From Mangrovibacterium sp. (GTDB taxonomy: Bacteria > Bacteroidota > Bacteroidia > Bacteroidales > Prolixibacteraceae): DNA of 64,000 nucleotides. The notes beneath the pieces are model-generated. The model searched no databases. It was not told where the DNA came from and saw only the letters and a list, made by a program, of their open reading frames with translations. The first letter of the stretch is position 1; every line of letters begins with the position of its first letter. Shown here piece after piece: positions 20,547-30,114 of the stretch. Location: assembly GCF_041596335.1 (NCBI RefSeq), contig NZ_JBFHIT010000009.1, positions 29,458 through 93,457 of the forward strand, read 5' to 3'. Made by a program: the position numbers and the translations under genes.

Positions 20547-21546
20547 CCTGTTTTTTCTCGATTAGATATTCAACTTGTTCAGGTACGAATGACACCGAAC
20601 GAATATTTTGGGCGTTTGCCTCCAGGCTTATCGGAAGCATTTCCTTTTTTTCTGCTATATCGGAGTAGGAGACCGTAAACCGAAAATCCTTCGCCGTAAT
20701 TTCTGAAAAATGACTCAATCCAACCATAAAACTCACTTTAACTTTGTCAGGAAAGGGTTTAATCAGAAGGCTATCGGGTACATCAACTATTCTCACCGGC
20801 ACAATTAACTGTTTTTCAGTGAATTCTTCGAGTGGTATTTTTAGAATGACACGTTTAGGAGTTATACTCGAATTTACATAGACTTCGAGTTGAACATTGC
20901 GTTGAATGTTTTTGTCTAAGTCGGTATAATGTTGAAATTTGGTATACACATATTGCAAGGTGTCCAGAAGTGACTGTGCGCCGGCTACAACAACTGAATC
21001 GGGGTCGGTTGTAATTTCACCACTAACGTAGTATTGCTTTTTTAATTCGTAGGTTATGTTGGGTTTTACTTTGACTTTTCGTTTTACAATTCGATCAAAT
21101 TCGAAATAAAGCGAATCAGGCTGAATTTCGATTATTTGCAGTTCGTTACTAACCTGACTCGAGATGCGGTTAATGAATTGCCGGGTACCAATGCGGAATT
21201 TTGCATTGTCCGATTCTTCCATTTTTCGACCGGTATAGTCGTTCACATTGAAAACAAGCGGTGAAAATGCCATACTTAATTTATGCCTCAGAATTGAAAA
21301 CCCAAATGAGTTCACTTTCAGAACAAAGTGATCGGGAGGCGAGTTGGCTAAAATTTTATTTTTCGGGAGATTCGTGTACTTAACCGGGAAGGCTAGGTCT
21401 ACCGTATATTGCTTATTTAAAGCATTTAGAAACCAAAAAACGGTTGCTATACCAAGACAAATCAGGAAGACAACCAGCCTGGAGTTGTCTTTCAATCGTA
21501 GTGCTTTATAAAGCGCTTGAATTTTATCGAACCAATTTTTTTCCAC
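20539..21546 (-). CDS. YbbR/CdaR-like domain protein
   Basis: N-terminal TM; YTNLPK, PDSVVVAG; conserved position between yajC and coaE. Confidence 0.75.
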   Translation of the reverse strand: MEKNWFDKIQALYKALRLKDNSRLVVFLICLGIATVFWFLNALNKQYTVDLAFPVKYTNLPKNKILANSPPDHFVLKVNSFGFSILRHKLSMAFSPLVFNVNDYTGRKMEESDNAKFRIGTRQFINRISSQVSNELQIIEIQPDSLYFEFDRIVKRKVKVKPNITYELKKQYYVSGEITTDPDSVVVAGAQSLLDTLQYVYTKFQHYTDLDKNIQRNVQLEVYVNSSITPKRVILKIPLEEFTEKQLIVPVRIVDVPDSLLIKPFPDKVKVSFMVGLSHFSEITAKDFRFTVSYSDIAEKKEMLPISLEANAQNIRSVSFVPEQVEYLIEKKQDD

Positions 21547-21610
21547 GAAACCAAAGATAAAAAAAAGGGCAGACTATTATGCCCGCCCTTTTGTATTTCT
21601 GATAGCCAAA

Positions 21611-21925
21611 TTATTTTTGTTGCGGAAGATCCGAGATATCCTTAACAACAGCTGATTTGTCGACACGAAGTTTTACGTTGTCATCAACCTGAAGAAGAAG
21701 GTAGTTTTCTTTAATTTCAACTACTTTTCCATAGATACCGCCAGTAGTAACTACTTTGTCGCCTTTTGCCAGACTTTCGCGGAATGTTTTCAGCTCTTTT
21801 TGCCGCTTCATTTGAGGTCTGATCATGAAAAAGTAGAATACCACGATAATCAAAATCATGGGTAAAAAGGTCATGATCGGATTTGCATCAGTTCCCTGTT
21901 GGGGAGCCATTAATAAGTAATTCAT
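21611..21925 (-). CDS. yajC: Preprotein translocase subunit YajC
   Basis: FYFFMIRPQMKRQK, GDKVVTTGGIYG. Confidence 0.95.
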   Translation of the reverse strand: MNYLLMAPQQGTDANPIMTFLPMILIIVVFYFFMIRPQMKRQKELKTFRESLAKGDKVVTTGGIYGKVVEIKENYLLLQVDDNVKLRVDKSAVVKDISDLPQQK

Positions 21926-21937
21926 TGTTTCTTTTAT

Positions 21938-22363
21938 TTAATTATATATGTTTATCAAATCATTTTGCACTTCGGCAACAATTATTAAAGTTACGGGGTC
22001 GTTACCGGCGTTGGTCGAAATTTGAATTTGCTTCAACACCCGACCAACTTCTCCCGACGTATTAAACAACACTTCGATGTAATTGTGATCTCCGGGTTTA
22101 ACCGGCTCGTCCGGAAATTCAACATTCAAACATCCACAATCAACATCCGCGTTCCGGATTACTAAATCCCCGTCTCCTTTATTGGTAAACCGAAAACTAA
22201 ACGACACCATTTCGCCGGCTTGAACGGTTCCAAAATTATGGAATTCTTCCTGAATCGCAAATTCCGGATTCCCTTTTGGATTTTTATTGTCGTTTTTGGG
22301 TTTCGATGAACTGTGGCAGCTGGTTAAAGTAATGACTGTCAGTATTAAAAGACAAATTTTCAT
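21938..22363 (-). CDS. DUF1573 domain lipoprotein
   Basis: Lipobox LTSC; HNFGTV, F.FTNKG, CGC, PVKPG. Confidence 0.8.
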   Translation of the reverse strand: MKICLLILTVITLTSCHSSSKPKNDNKNPKGNPEFAIQEEFHNFGTVQAGEMVSFSFRFTNKGDGDLVIRNADVDCGCLNVEFPDEPVKPGDHNYIEVLFNTSGEVGRVLKQIQISTNAGNDPVTLIIVAEVQNDLINIYN

Positions 22364-23322
22364 TCACCAGGTGTTTCTTCGCCAATTAAACCACGACCTG
22401 CTTTCACGATAAGGTTTTCCTTTTTCATCGCTTTCACTGCTTTATCCAGAATTCCGTTGATAAAGTTGCGGCTTTTTTGTGTGCTGTAATATTTCGATAG
22501 CTCTATGTATTCGTTCAGGGTTACCTTTGTTGGAATTGACGGGAAATGCAAAAACTCGGCAATGGCCATTTCCATGATCAGGTTATCGATGAATGCAATA
22601 CGCTCGACATCCCAGTTTTCGGTGTATTGTCCTACAACTTTTGTCAAATCATCATGATTGAGGACACATTTCCGAAAAAGACTTTTCACAAAATCGCTGT
22701 CCTCTTCATCCTTAAACATGGGCATTAGTGAAGAGTTTTCATTAGAGAACTCTTTGAATTTTTTAATGGTTTTTATGATCATACTGACAACGAAGTCAAT
22801 ATCATCGTTCCAATAAATGCTTTCTTCCTCCAAAATCGAGTTCAGTTCTTCCGACTGTAGAATAATTTCGGCGAAGAGCAATTCAATCACTTTTTTATCA
22901 TCCTGATAATTGCGGTCGCCTTTAGTCATGTACTCAGCGTAAAAGTCTGAATTAATCAGGCTTGTGTAAAGCTTTTTAATCAACTCCGGCTCATTGCTCC
23001 AACTGAGCTTCGATTGTTCCAATTGTTTCAGAAGCGCTTTGTTGTTGCGAATCTGTTGAATAAACTGGTTACCCACAAAACGGGTATTTGGATTTAAGTC
23101 GTCGGCGGTTGGGAAGTGTTTTTTCTTGCGAAGCTCGATGATCGAGTTGGCATGATCAGCAATTTCGACCACTAACTGAAATAAGTGGTGGTAAAGATCA
23201 TAAGTCTTCTGAATACTGAAAAATAGTTCTTTTTCAGAGTTGTTGATCGACTTTTCCGTTGAGCTGTAGTGGGCGTAAAGTACCTGCAATACTTTAATTC
23301 GGATAATTCTTCTGCTAATCAT
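22360..23322 (-). CDS. nusB: Transcription antitermination factor NusB (long Bacteroidota form)
   Basis: MISRRIIRIKVLQVLYA; NWDVERIA, VTLNEYIELSKYYST, FINGILD. Confidence 0.92.
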   Translation of the reverse strand: MISRRIIRIKVLQVLYAHYSSTEKSINNSEKELFFSIQKTYDLYHHLFQLVVEIADHANSIIELRKKKHFPTADDLNPNTRFVGNQFIQQIRNNKALLKQLEQSKLSWSNEPELIKKLYTSLINSDFYAEYMTKGDRNYQDDKKVIELLFAEIILQSEELNSILEEESIYWNDDIDFVVSMIIKTIKKFKEFSNENSSLMPMFKDEEDSDFVKSLFRKCVLNHDDLTKVVGQYTENWDVERIAFIDNLIMEMAIAEFLHFPSIPTKVTLNEYIELSKYYSTQKSRNFINGILDKAVKAMKKENLIVKAGRGLIGEETPGE

Positions 23323-23401
23323 ATTTTATAGAACTTGTTACTTTTTTGAGGGCACAAAGGTATAAAATTTATTTTCAGGTGTTCATTCGAAAACCGCTTT
23401 T

Positions 23402-24133
23402 TTAAATATCTTCTTTCGTTTCTGTTTGTTCCTGATTTTGATTTGATCTCGGGTCTCCAATATCAGTTGGAATCATGAAATTGTCGTTTTCTTCGTTGTC
23501 ATCTTCTTGTTCCCATTCGAAAACGCTGCGCTGTGGACCTTGTCTTCGGTAGAAGATACTTAGAATGAATCCGCTTGCTGCTCCCCATAAATGACTTTCC
23601 CACGAAACTCCTTTTTCAATCGGAAACATTCCCCAAAACATTCCTCCATATAAAAAGACGACAATGATGGAGATGGTTAACAGCTTGACATCGTTGCGAA
23701 GTATGCCGCTGAAAAACAGGAAGGATCCAAGGCCATAGATCAATCCACTGGCTCCGATGTGCCAGGCTTCGCGAGCTCCAACCCAAACGCAAATTCCTGA
23801 AAATAAATAGATCAGAAGGAAGATGTGCCAGGCTAACTTCCGGTAGAAATAAAATAACGCAACGGCTAAAACAAAGAATGGAACTGAATTGGCGAAAAGG
23901 TGCATTAAATCTCCGTGGATAAACGGAGAAGATAGAATGCCAATGAGTCCGTTGAGTGTGCGCGGATAGATACCGAATTGAGCGAACGAGAGATTCAGTA
24001 CTTTTTCAACAATAAAAACCAGCCAAAATCCAAAAAGGAAGAGAGCTGGAAAGACCATACTGTATCGGAAAATTTTCTTTTCCAATTGGTCGTCGAGCTG
24101 ACTTTTATTTGGATAATAGTTGAATAGTGGCAT
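23402..24133 (-). CDS. Rhomboid-family intramembrane serine protease
   Basis: HGDLMHLFAN, GASG, SWESHLWG. Confidence 0.88.
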   Translation of the reverse strand: MPLFNYYPNKSQLDDQLEKKIFRYSMVFPALFLFGFWLVFIVEKVLNLSFAQFGIYPRTLNGLIGILSSPFIHGDLMHLFANSVPFFVLAVALFYFYRKLAWHIFLLIYLFSGICVWVGAREAWHIGASGLIYGLGSFLFFSGILRNDVKLLTISIIVVFLYGGMFWGMFPIEKGVSWESHLWGAASGFILSIFYRRQGPQRSVFEWEQEDDNEENDNFMIPTDIGDPRSNQNQEQTETKEDI

Positions 24134-25159
24134 CTATAATAAATCTTTGAGCGCTTTTATAAACCCGAAAATGTCTTCTTCGGTCGTGTCGAACGAAGTC
24201 ATCCATCGTACCTCGGAGCGTGATTCATCCCAAATGTAAAAAAAATACTGAGCCTGAAGAGGTTCGATAATTGACGGTGGAATAATTGCGAAGACCCCAT
24301 TGGCCTGAGTTTTTTGAGTGAGTTTTATGCCTTTAATATTGGCAACTTCTTGTTCCAGTAAAAGGGCCATTTTGTTCGCGTGAAGCGCATTTTTTTTCCA
24401 TAGATCATTTTCGAAATAAGCCAAAAACTGGGCGCTTACAAAGCGCATTTTCGAAAACAATTGCATGCTTTGCTTTCGAATGTACTTTGTAAACCGGGCT
24501 TGTTCCGGATGAAAGAAAATAACTGCTTCTCCCATCATCATGCCGTTTTTTGTTCCACCGAATGAGAGTACATCCACACCCGCGTCACGAGTGAACGAGC
24601 GAAACGGTAAATCCAGTGCTGCCGCGGCATTCGCAATTCTGGCACCATCCATGTGAACCCAAAGTCCATATTGATGAGCGAGTGTAGTAATCGCTTTGAT
24701 TTCTTCAATCGAGTAGATCGTTCCCAGTTCAGTTACCTGTGAAATTGAAACGACTCCGGGCTGGGCGTGGTGTTCAAAATCGAAGCCGTGAAGGTGTTTT
24801 TTTAGTTCGTCGGGGCGAATTTTGCCTTGTTCCGATTTGACTGGGATTAATTTGCATCCGGTAAATTTCTCGGGTGCACCACACTCATCAACCTGAATGT
24901 GAGCTGTATCGGCACATAACACGGAGTTGAAACTTTGAGTCAGGCTGGCTAGTGAAAGCACATTGGCTCCGGTTCCATTAAATACGAAGAAGACTTCAAT
25001 GTCGGCGCCAAATTCTTGTTTAAACCGATCAATGGCTGTTTCGGTCACCGGGTCGCCGCCATAGCCTACCATGTGTCCGTCGTTTACTTTAGCTATAGCT
25101 TCCAAGATGTCCGGATGAATTCCGGCGTTGTTGTCACTTGCAAATCCGCGTTTTATCAT
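24134..25159 (-). CDS. Low-specificity L-threonine aldolase
   Basis: FASDNNAG, FNGTGAN, HMDGARIANA, SFGGTKNG. Confidence 0.88.
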   Translation of the reverse strand: MIKRGFASDNNAGIHPDILEAIAKVNDGHMVGYGGDPVTETAIDRFKQEFGADIEVFFVFNGTGANVLSLASLTQSFNSVLCADTAHIQVDECGAPEKFTGCKLIPVKSEQGKIRPDELKKHLHGFDFEHHAQPGVVSISQVTELGTIYSIEEIKAITTLAHQYGLWVHMDGARIANAAAALDLPFRSFTRDAGVDVLSFGGTKNGMMMGEAVIFFHPEQARFTKYIRKQSMQLFSKMRFVSAQFLAYFENDLWKKNALHANKMALLLEQEVANIKGIKLTQKTQANGVFAIIPPSIIEPLQAQYFFYIWDESRSEVRWMTSFDTTEEDIFGFIKALKDLL

Positions 25160-25380
25160 TTCCAGGGGTTGTAATTTCGATTTAATCCTTCAATTTCGAT
25201 GTCCAAACTTATAAAAAATGTATGCAAAGTAGCCTGGAATTTCGCCCTATTTTGCGAAAAAGTCAGGGGAGCTTTTAATTCTAAAAGTTCGTTGTAACTT
25301 ACCGGGAATGATGATGCAATACAACTTTTGCTGATTGAACGTGTTATGAGCTTACACTTAATTCAAACTGAACCCTGCGA

Positions 25381-26688
25381 ATGAAAAAACAAAAGATCGT
25401 TGTTTTCTGGTTTCGTCGCGATTTGCGGATGAACGATAATCATGGTTTTTATCAGGCACTTAAATCCGGTTTTCCGGTATTGCCGGTGTTTATTTTTGAC
25501 AAAAATATTTTGAGTGATCTTGAACAGACCGATTCTCGGGTAACGTTTATTCTTCATGAGGCTCAAAAGCTGCAAGATGAATTCGAAAAGCGAGGCAGTA
25601 CATTTTGGATCTACCATGGTACGCCGCAGGACGCTTTTAACCGCTTGCTGTCCGAGTTTGATGTGGCCGAGGTATTCACGAATCAGGATTATGAACCCTA
25701 TGCCCGGGAAAGGGATAAAGCGATCTATGAGTTGCTGGAGGATGAGGGGATCCGGCTACGAGCATTCAAAGACCAGCTTATTTTTCACAAAAATGAAATT
25801 GTGAAGGCAGATGGCTCTCCTTATACTGTTTTCACTCCCTATAGCAAAAAGTGGCTTTCGGCAATGACCGAAAAAGACTATCAAGCGTATCCATCGGAGA
25901 ATTTGTTGGAGAACCTGGTGAAGCTTGCTCCCTTGCGCAAATATCATCACGTTGATTTGGGATTTAAGAAAGGGGAGTACAAAATTCCCCCGTTGGAATT
26001 GAACACTTCTGTTATGAACAGCTATGCAGATACGCGCGATTTTCCTGCATTGGCGGGCACTTCGCGGTTGGGAGTTCATTTGCGCTTCGGAACAGTTAGC
26101 ATTCGGCAGGTGACAGAAGTGGCTGTTCAAACTTCGGCGACTTTCTTAAACGAATTGATTTGGCGAAATTTCTATATGGATATCTTGTGGCATTTTCCTC
26201 ATGTTGTTCGTAAGTCATTCAGGCCTGCTTACGATTTTATTCGCTGGCAAAATTCGGAGAAAGATTTTGCACGCTGGTGTGCCGGTACAACAGGCTATCC
26301 GATGGTTGATGCAGGAATGCGCGAGCTGAATGCTACGGGCTACATGCACAATCGGGTTCGTATGGTGACCGCAAGTTTTTTATGCAAGCATTTGTTGATT
26401 GATTGGCGCTGGGGAGAGGCTTATTTCGCCGAAAAACTGCTCGACTTTGAACTGGCGTCAAATAATGGCGGGTGGCAGTGGGCCGCGGGCTCAGGCTGCG
26501 ATGCTGCTCCATATTTTCGGGTGTTCAATCCCGAACTGCAACAGAAAAAGTTTGATTCGAATTTTGAATACATCAAAAAGTGGGTTCCTGAGTTTGGTAC
26601 TTCGGCTTATCCTGAGCCCATGGTTGATCATAAAATGGCTCGCCAGCGTGCTATTAGCACATATAAAGAGGGGTTGAGAGATCGGTAG
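25381..26688 (+). CDS. Deoxyribodipyrimidine photolyase / cryptochrome family
   Basis: WFRRDLR, TSRLGVHLRFG, GYPMVDAGMREL, MHNRVRM, NNGGWQW, YFRVFNP. Confidence 0.9.
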   Translation: MKKQKIVVFWFRRDLRMNDNHGFYQALKSGFPVLPVFIFDKNILSDLEQTDSRVTFILHEAQKLQDEFEKRGSTFWIYHGTPQDAFNRLLSEFDVAEVFTNQDYEPYARERDKAIYELLEDEGIRLRAFKDQLIFHKNEIVKADGSPYTVFTPYSKKWLSAMTEKDYQAYPSENLLENLVKLAPLRKYHHVDLGFKKGEYKIPPLELNTSVMNSYADTRDFPALAGTSRLGVHLRFGTVSIRQVTEVAVQTSATFLNELIWRNFYMDILWHFPHVVRKSFRPAYDFIRWQNSEKDFARWCAGTTGYPMVDAGMRELNATGYMHNRVRMVTASFLCKHLLIDWRWGEAYFAEKLLDFELASNNGGWQWAAGSGCDAAPYFRVFNPELQQKKFDSNFEYIKKWVPEFGTSAYPEPMVDHKMARQRAISTYKEGLRDR

Positions 26689-26902
26689 TTTCTTCGGGAT
26701 AGCGCAACTACTAACCCGGATAGCTGAGGAACAGATTATTTTGATGTGATATGTCGCTTATCGAACAGACTACCGGAAAGCATTTCGGATAATAGCTGGG
26801 AGAGGAATGACAGACTCCTTTTTCAGCCTCCGGAAATTAAAAGCGGATCTGTGCCTAACCGGTACAGATCCGCTTTTTTATACAGAAATTAATTCACAAC
26901 CT

Positions 26903-27451
26903 TTATTTTCCTTCAATCCAATTAATAATTTTCGGATCGTTGGGCTTGGTTTTCGGACTAGCCATGTCAACCAGATTCCCATTCTCATCAATCAGGTATT
27001 TTTGAAAATTCCACGCGACCGACGAGTCCATTTTTCCGTTTTGCGATTTTTCGGTCAGCCAATGGTATATTGGAGCTATATTGTCGCCTTTGACCGAAAT
27101 TTTCGACATCATTGGGAATGTAACGCCATAGTTCTTTTGGCAGAATTCCTCAATTTCAGTGTTCGATCCCGGTTCCTGTCCAAGAAAATTATTGGCTGGG
27201 AATCCGATAATCACGAATTTTTCACTTCCATATTTCGAATATAGCGCCTGTAGGTCTTTGTATTGCGGGGTCAATCCGCATTTGGAAGCTGTGTTCACCA
27301 CCAATACTTTTTTACCTTTTAGATTGGCCATGCTGAAGTCACTTCCTTCGATGTCTTTCACCGTAAAATCGTGAAACGAATTTTGGCCGAAGCTCAACAG
27401 AGCTGCGAAGACAAAGATGATGACTAATTCAAATTTTTTCATGGGTTTCAA
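26903..27451 (-). CDS. Glutathione peroxidase (with signal peptide)
   Basis: [27 protein letters not shown]. Confidence 0.92.
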   Translation of the reverse strand: MKPMKKFELVIIFVFAALLSFGQNSFHDFTVKDIEGSDFSMANLKGKKVLVVNTASKCGLTPQYKDLQALYSKYGSEKFVIIGFPANNFLGQEPGSNTEIEEFCQKNYGVTFPMMSKISVKGDNIAPIYHWLTEKSQNGKMDSSVAWNFQKYLIDENGNLVDMASPKTKPNDPKIINWIEGK

Positions 27452-27621
27452 TTTAAATGAATACTTTGTTCCGATATGAATGAAACTTTTTGTACCGGAA
27501 CAATCTCGTTCAATAGCATCAAGCTAAAACAGTCTCTTCGCGAAAAAGTTTAGACTGAATAGGTTACAAAAAGCGAGCCGCACTGTTAATAAATTCCATC
27601 CCGAAAATAGGCTAAAATGTT

Positions 27622-27629
27622 TATCTTTG
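27622..27629 (+). promoter_or_regulatory. Bacteroidota sigma70 -7 element for dnaX
   Basis: TATCTTTG matches TAnnTTTG, about 20 nt before the ATG. Confidence 0.55.
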
Positions 27630-27648
27630 GCATTTCACAAGAAAAAAT

Positions 27649-28752
27649 ATGGAGAATTTTATTGTTTCTGCACGCAAATATCGCCCCGACACGTTTCATT
27701 CGGTAGTGGGGCAGGCATCAATTACATCGACTCTAAAAAATGCAATTAAGAATCGCCAACTGGCTCATGCTTATTTATTTTGTGGACCACGTGGGGTAGG
27801 AAAAACTACTTGTGCCCGGATTTTTGCCAAGACAATTAATTGTCAAAACCTGACAGCAGAAACAGAACCATGTAACACTTGCGAGTCGTGCCAGGCTTTT
27901 AATTCCAGCCGTTCGTATAACATACACGAGCTTGATGCTGCCTCCAATAACTCGGTTGAAGATATTCGTACGTTAACTGATCAGGTTCGGATTCCACCAC
28001 AGATCGGGAAGTACAGCATTTATATCATTGACGAGGTTCATATGTTGTCGCAATCGGCATTTAATGCGTTTCTAAAAACGCTGGAGGAACCGCCCAAACA
28101 TGCATTGTTTATTCTGGCAACCACCGAAAAACATAAGATTATTCCAACTATTTTGTCGCGTTGCCAGATTTTCGACTTTAATCGGATTAAAATATCTGAT
28201 ATTGCCGGACACTTGGGCTACGTAGCGAAAAGCGAATCGGTTGATATTGAGTCGGAAGCATTGAATGTGATTGCACAGAAAGCGGATGGCGCCATGCGTG
28301 ATGCTCTGTCAATCTTCGACCAGATTGTTAGCTTTTCAGGCAAAACCATCACCTATAAAAATGTTATTTCCAACTTAAATGTGTTGGATTATGATTTTTA
28401 CTTCCGTTTAATCGACCAATTTCTAAAGAGCGATGTTTCGGGAGCATTGATGCTCTTCAACGAAGTATTGGATCATGGTTTTGACGGTCATCATTTTATT
28501 ACCGGATTAAGCAGTCATATCCGCGATTTATTGGTTTGCAAAGATCCGATTACGGTTCAACTGCTCGAAGTTGGTGGCGAAATTAAAGATAAATACAAAC
28601 AGCAAGCAGCTGGTTGTCAGCAGGATTTACTTTTCGAAGCCTTGAAAGTCAGTAATGAATGTGATCTGCAGTACAAGCAAAGTCAAAATAAACGCTTGTT
28701 GGTTGAACTGGCTTTAATTAAAATGGCACAGCTTTCCGAAAAAAAAAAATAG
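27649..28752 (+). CDS. dnaX: DNA polymerase III gamma subunit (unshifted dnaX product)
   Basis: ARKYRP, GPRGVGKTT, IDEVHML, KTLEEPP, SRCQ; ends GAA AAA AAA AAA TAG. Confidence 0.95.
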   Translation: MENFIVSARKYRPDTFHSVVGQASITSTLKNAIKNRQLAHAYLFCGPRGVGKTTCARIFAKTINCQNLTAETEPCNTCESCQAFNSSRSYNIHELDAASNNSVEDIRTLTDQVRIPPQIGKYSIYIIDEVHMLSQSAFNAFLKTLEEPPKHALFILATTEKHKIIPTILSRCQIFDFNRIKISDIAGHLGYVAKSESVDIESEALNVIAQKADGAMRDALSIFDQIVSFSGKTITYKNVISNLNVLDYDFYFRLIDQFLKSDVSGALMLFNEVLDHGFDGHHFITGLSSHIRDLLVCKDPITVQLLEVGGEIKDKYKQQAAGCQQDLLFEALKVSNECDLQYKQSQNKRLLVELALIKMAQLSEKKK

Positions 28753-29414
28753 CTGACGAGTCGAAATCGGAGGAACTTGAGCCTATTTTTCAGAAACAGG
28801 CCGGTTCGTCGCCAGCCAACGGTTCTCAGGAAACCGCAAACATTCCGCAATCAAAAAAATCTGTCCAACCCGGTGCTTCAGAAGAAAATGAAGTAAAGGA
28901 ACCACGAGTTTCGTCCAAAAGAGTCATTCGACGTTCGGGGCGGGGATTTACACCTTCTATAAAGGATGCGATGTCGGGCAAGTTTGCCGACGACGCGAAT
29001 GCTGACGATGCGAAAGAGAAAATGAAGTATTATTCCGGTGAAGAACTTCATGAACCTTTTACAAAAGAAGCTTTCGAGGCTAAATGGGCTGAATATTTAG
29101 AACGATTAAACGATCGTCCGAATTTGAAGGCAACCCTGACTCGCGTTCCCCGGATTGTTGATTCCTGTAAATTGAATTTACCAATTGATAACGATTTTCA
29201 GGAAACCGAGATTTCAAAGATTAAGCCTGATTTGGTATCGTGGTTGCGCAAGGAACTTCGCAACACCGGAATTGAACTGATTACCGAAATTGTGGAGATG
29301 GAGGGAAGTTCGTCGCGCCCCCTTTCGGATATGGAACGACTGATTGAAATGGTAAAAAAGAATCCAAATGTTAATTTATTGAAGCAAACCTTTTCGCTCG
29401 ATTTTAACGAATAA
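28749..29414 (+). CDS. dnaX: C-terminal part of DnaX tau subunit, reached by a -1 shift or +1 A at the A11 run
   Basis: Open frame from 28749 (IADESKSEELEPIFQKQ...) continuing into the track ORF 28971-29414 with the tau-like end KNPNVNLLKQTFSLDF. Confidence 0.8.
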   Translation: MADESKSEELEPIFQKQAGSSPANGSQETANIPQSKKSVQPGASEENEVKEPRVSSKRVIRRSGRGFTPSIKDAMSGKFADDANADDAKEKMKYYSGEELHEPFTKEAFEAKWAEYLERLNDRPNLKATLTRVPRIVDSCKLNLPIDNDFQETEISKIKPDLVSWLRKELRNTGIELITEIVEMEGSSSRPLSDMERLIEMVKKNPNVNLLKQTFSLDFNE

Positions 29415-29492
29415 AATTTGAATACTGTCTTAAATTGGGTTAAAAAACTGAACTTTCAGCGACCTGATTTTACAAAAACCGTTCTTATTTTC

Positions 29493-29500
29493 TATATTTG
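29493..29500 (+). promoter_or_regulatory. -7 promoter element for ferritin
   Basis: TATATTTG. Confidence 0.5.
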
Positions 29501-29523
29501 AAAAAAACATAAAAAAACTGATT

Positions 29524-30036
29524 ATGCTCAAGGAGACTGTAGAGAAAGCATTAAATGCACAAATAAATGCTGAGATTCATTCAGCATATTTATACCTGTC
29601 CATGTCAGCTTGGTTTCAAGCTAAAGGATTGTCGGGATTTGCCAACTGGATGAAAATTCAGTACCAGGAAGAATTGACTCATGCCATGAAGTTTTTCGAT
29701 TTCGTTCATGAACGTAATGGCCGGGTTCTGTTGGAACCGATCGCTAGTGTTGATCAGGAATTTGACAGCGTGATTGATGCGTTCGAAAAAACACTTGCGC
29801 ACGAGCAGTTAGTGACCAGTTTGATCAATGGTTTGGTTGATACCGCCATTGCTGCAAGCGACCACGCAACACAAAGCTTCCTTACCTGGTTTGTTGATGA
29901 ACAAGTGGAAGAAGAGGCAACAGTTAGCGGAATTTTGGATGACCTTCGTTTGATCGGTGGTCAGGGAAATGGTTTGTTCATGTTGAATCGTGAATTGGCT
30001 TCCCGCTCATTTGTTGATTCTACATCGGCAGAATAA
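29524..30036 (+). CDS. ftnA: Non-heme ferritin
   Basis: QINAEIHSAYLYLSMS, EELTHAMK, WFVDEQVEEE. Confidence 0.92.
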   Translation: MLKETVEKALNAQINAEIHSAYLYLSMSAWFQAKGLSGFANWMKIQYQEELTHAMKFFDFVHERNGRVLLEPIASVDQEFDSVIDAFEKTLAHEQLVTSLINGLVDTAIAASDHATQSFLTWFVDEQVEEEATVSGILDDLRLIGGQGNGLFMLNRELASRSFVDSTSAE

Positions 30037-30054
30037 TGTGATAAAAGTATTACA

Positions 30055-30084
30055 AAAAGGCTGCCTATATGGTAGCCTTTTTTT
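30055..30084 (+). terminator. Intrinsic terminator after ferritin
   Basis: AAAAGGCTGCC-TATAT-GGTAGCCTTTT followed by a T run. Confidence 0.75.
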
Positions 30085-30114
30085 ATGTTGAAGCACCACA
30101 AACGACGAAAACAG

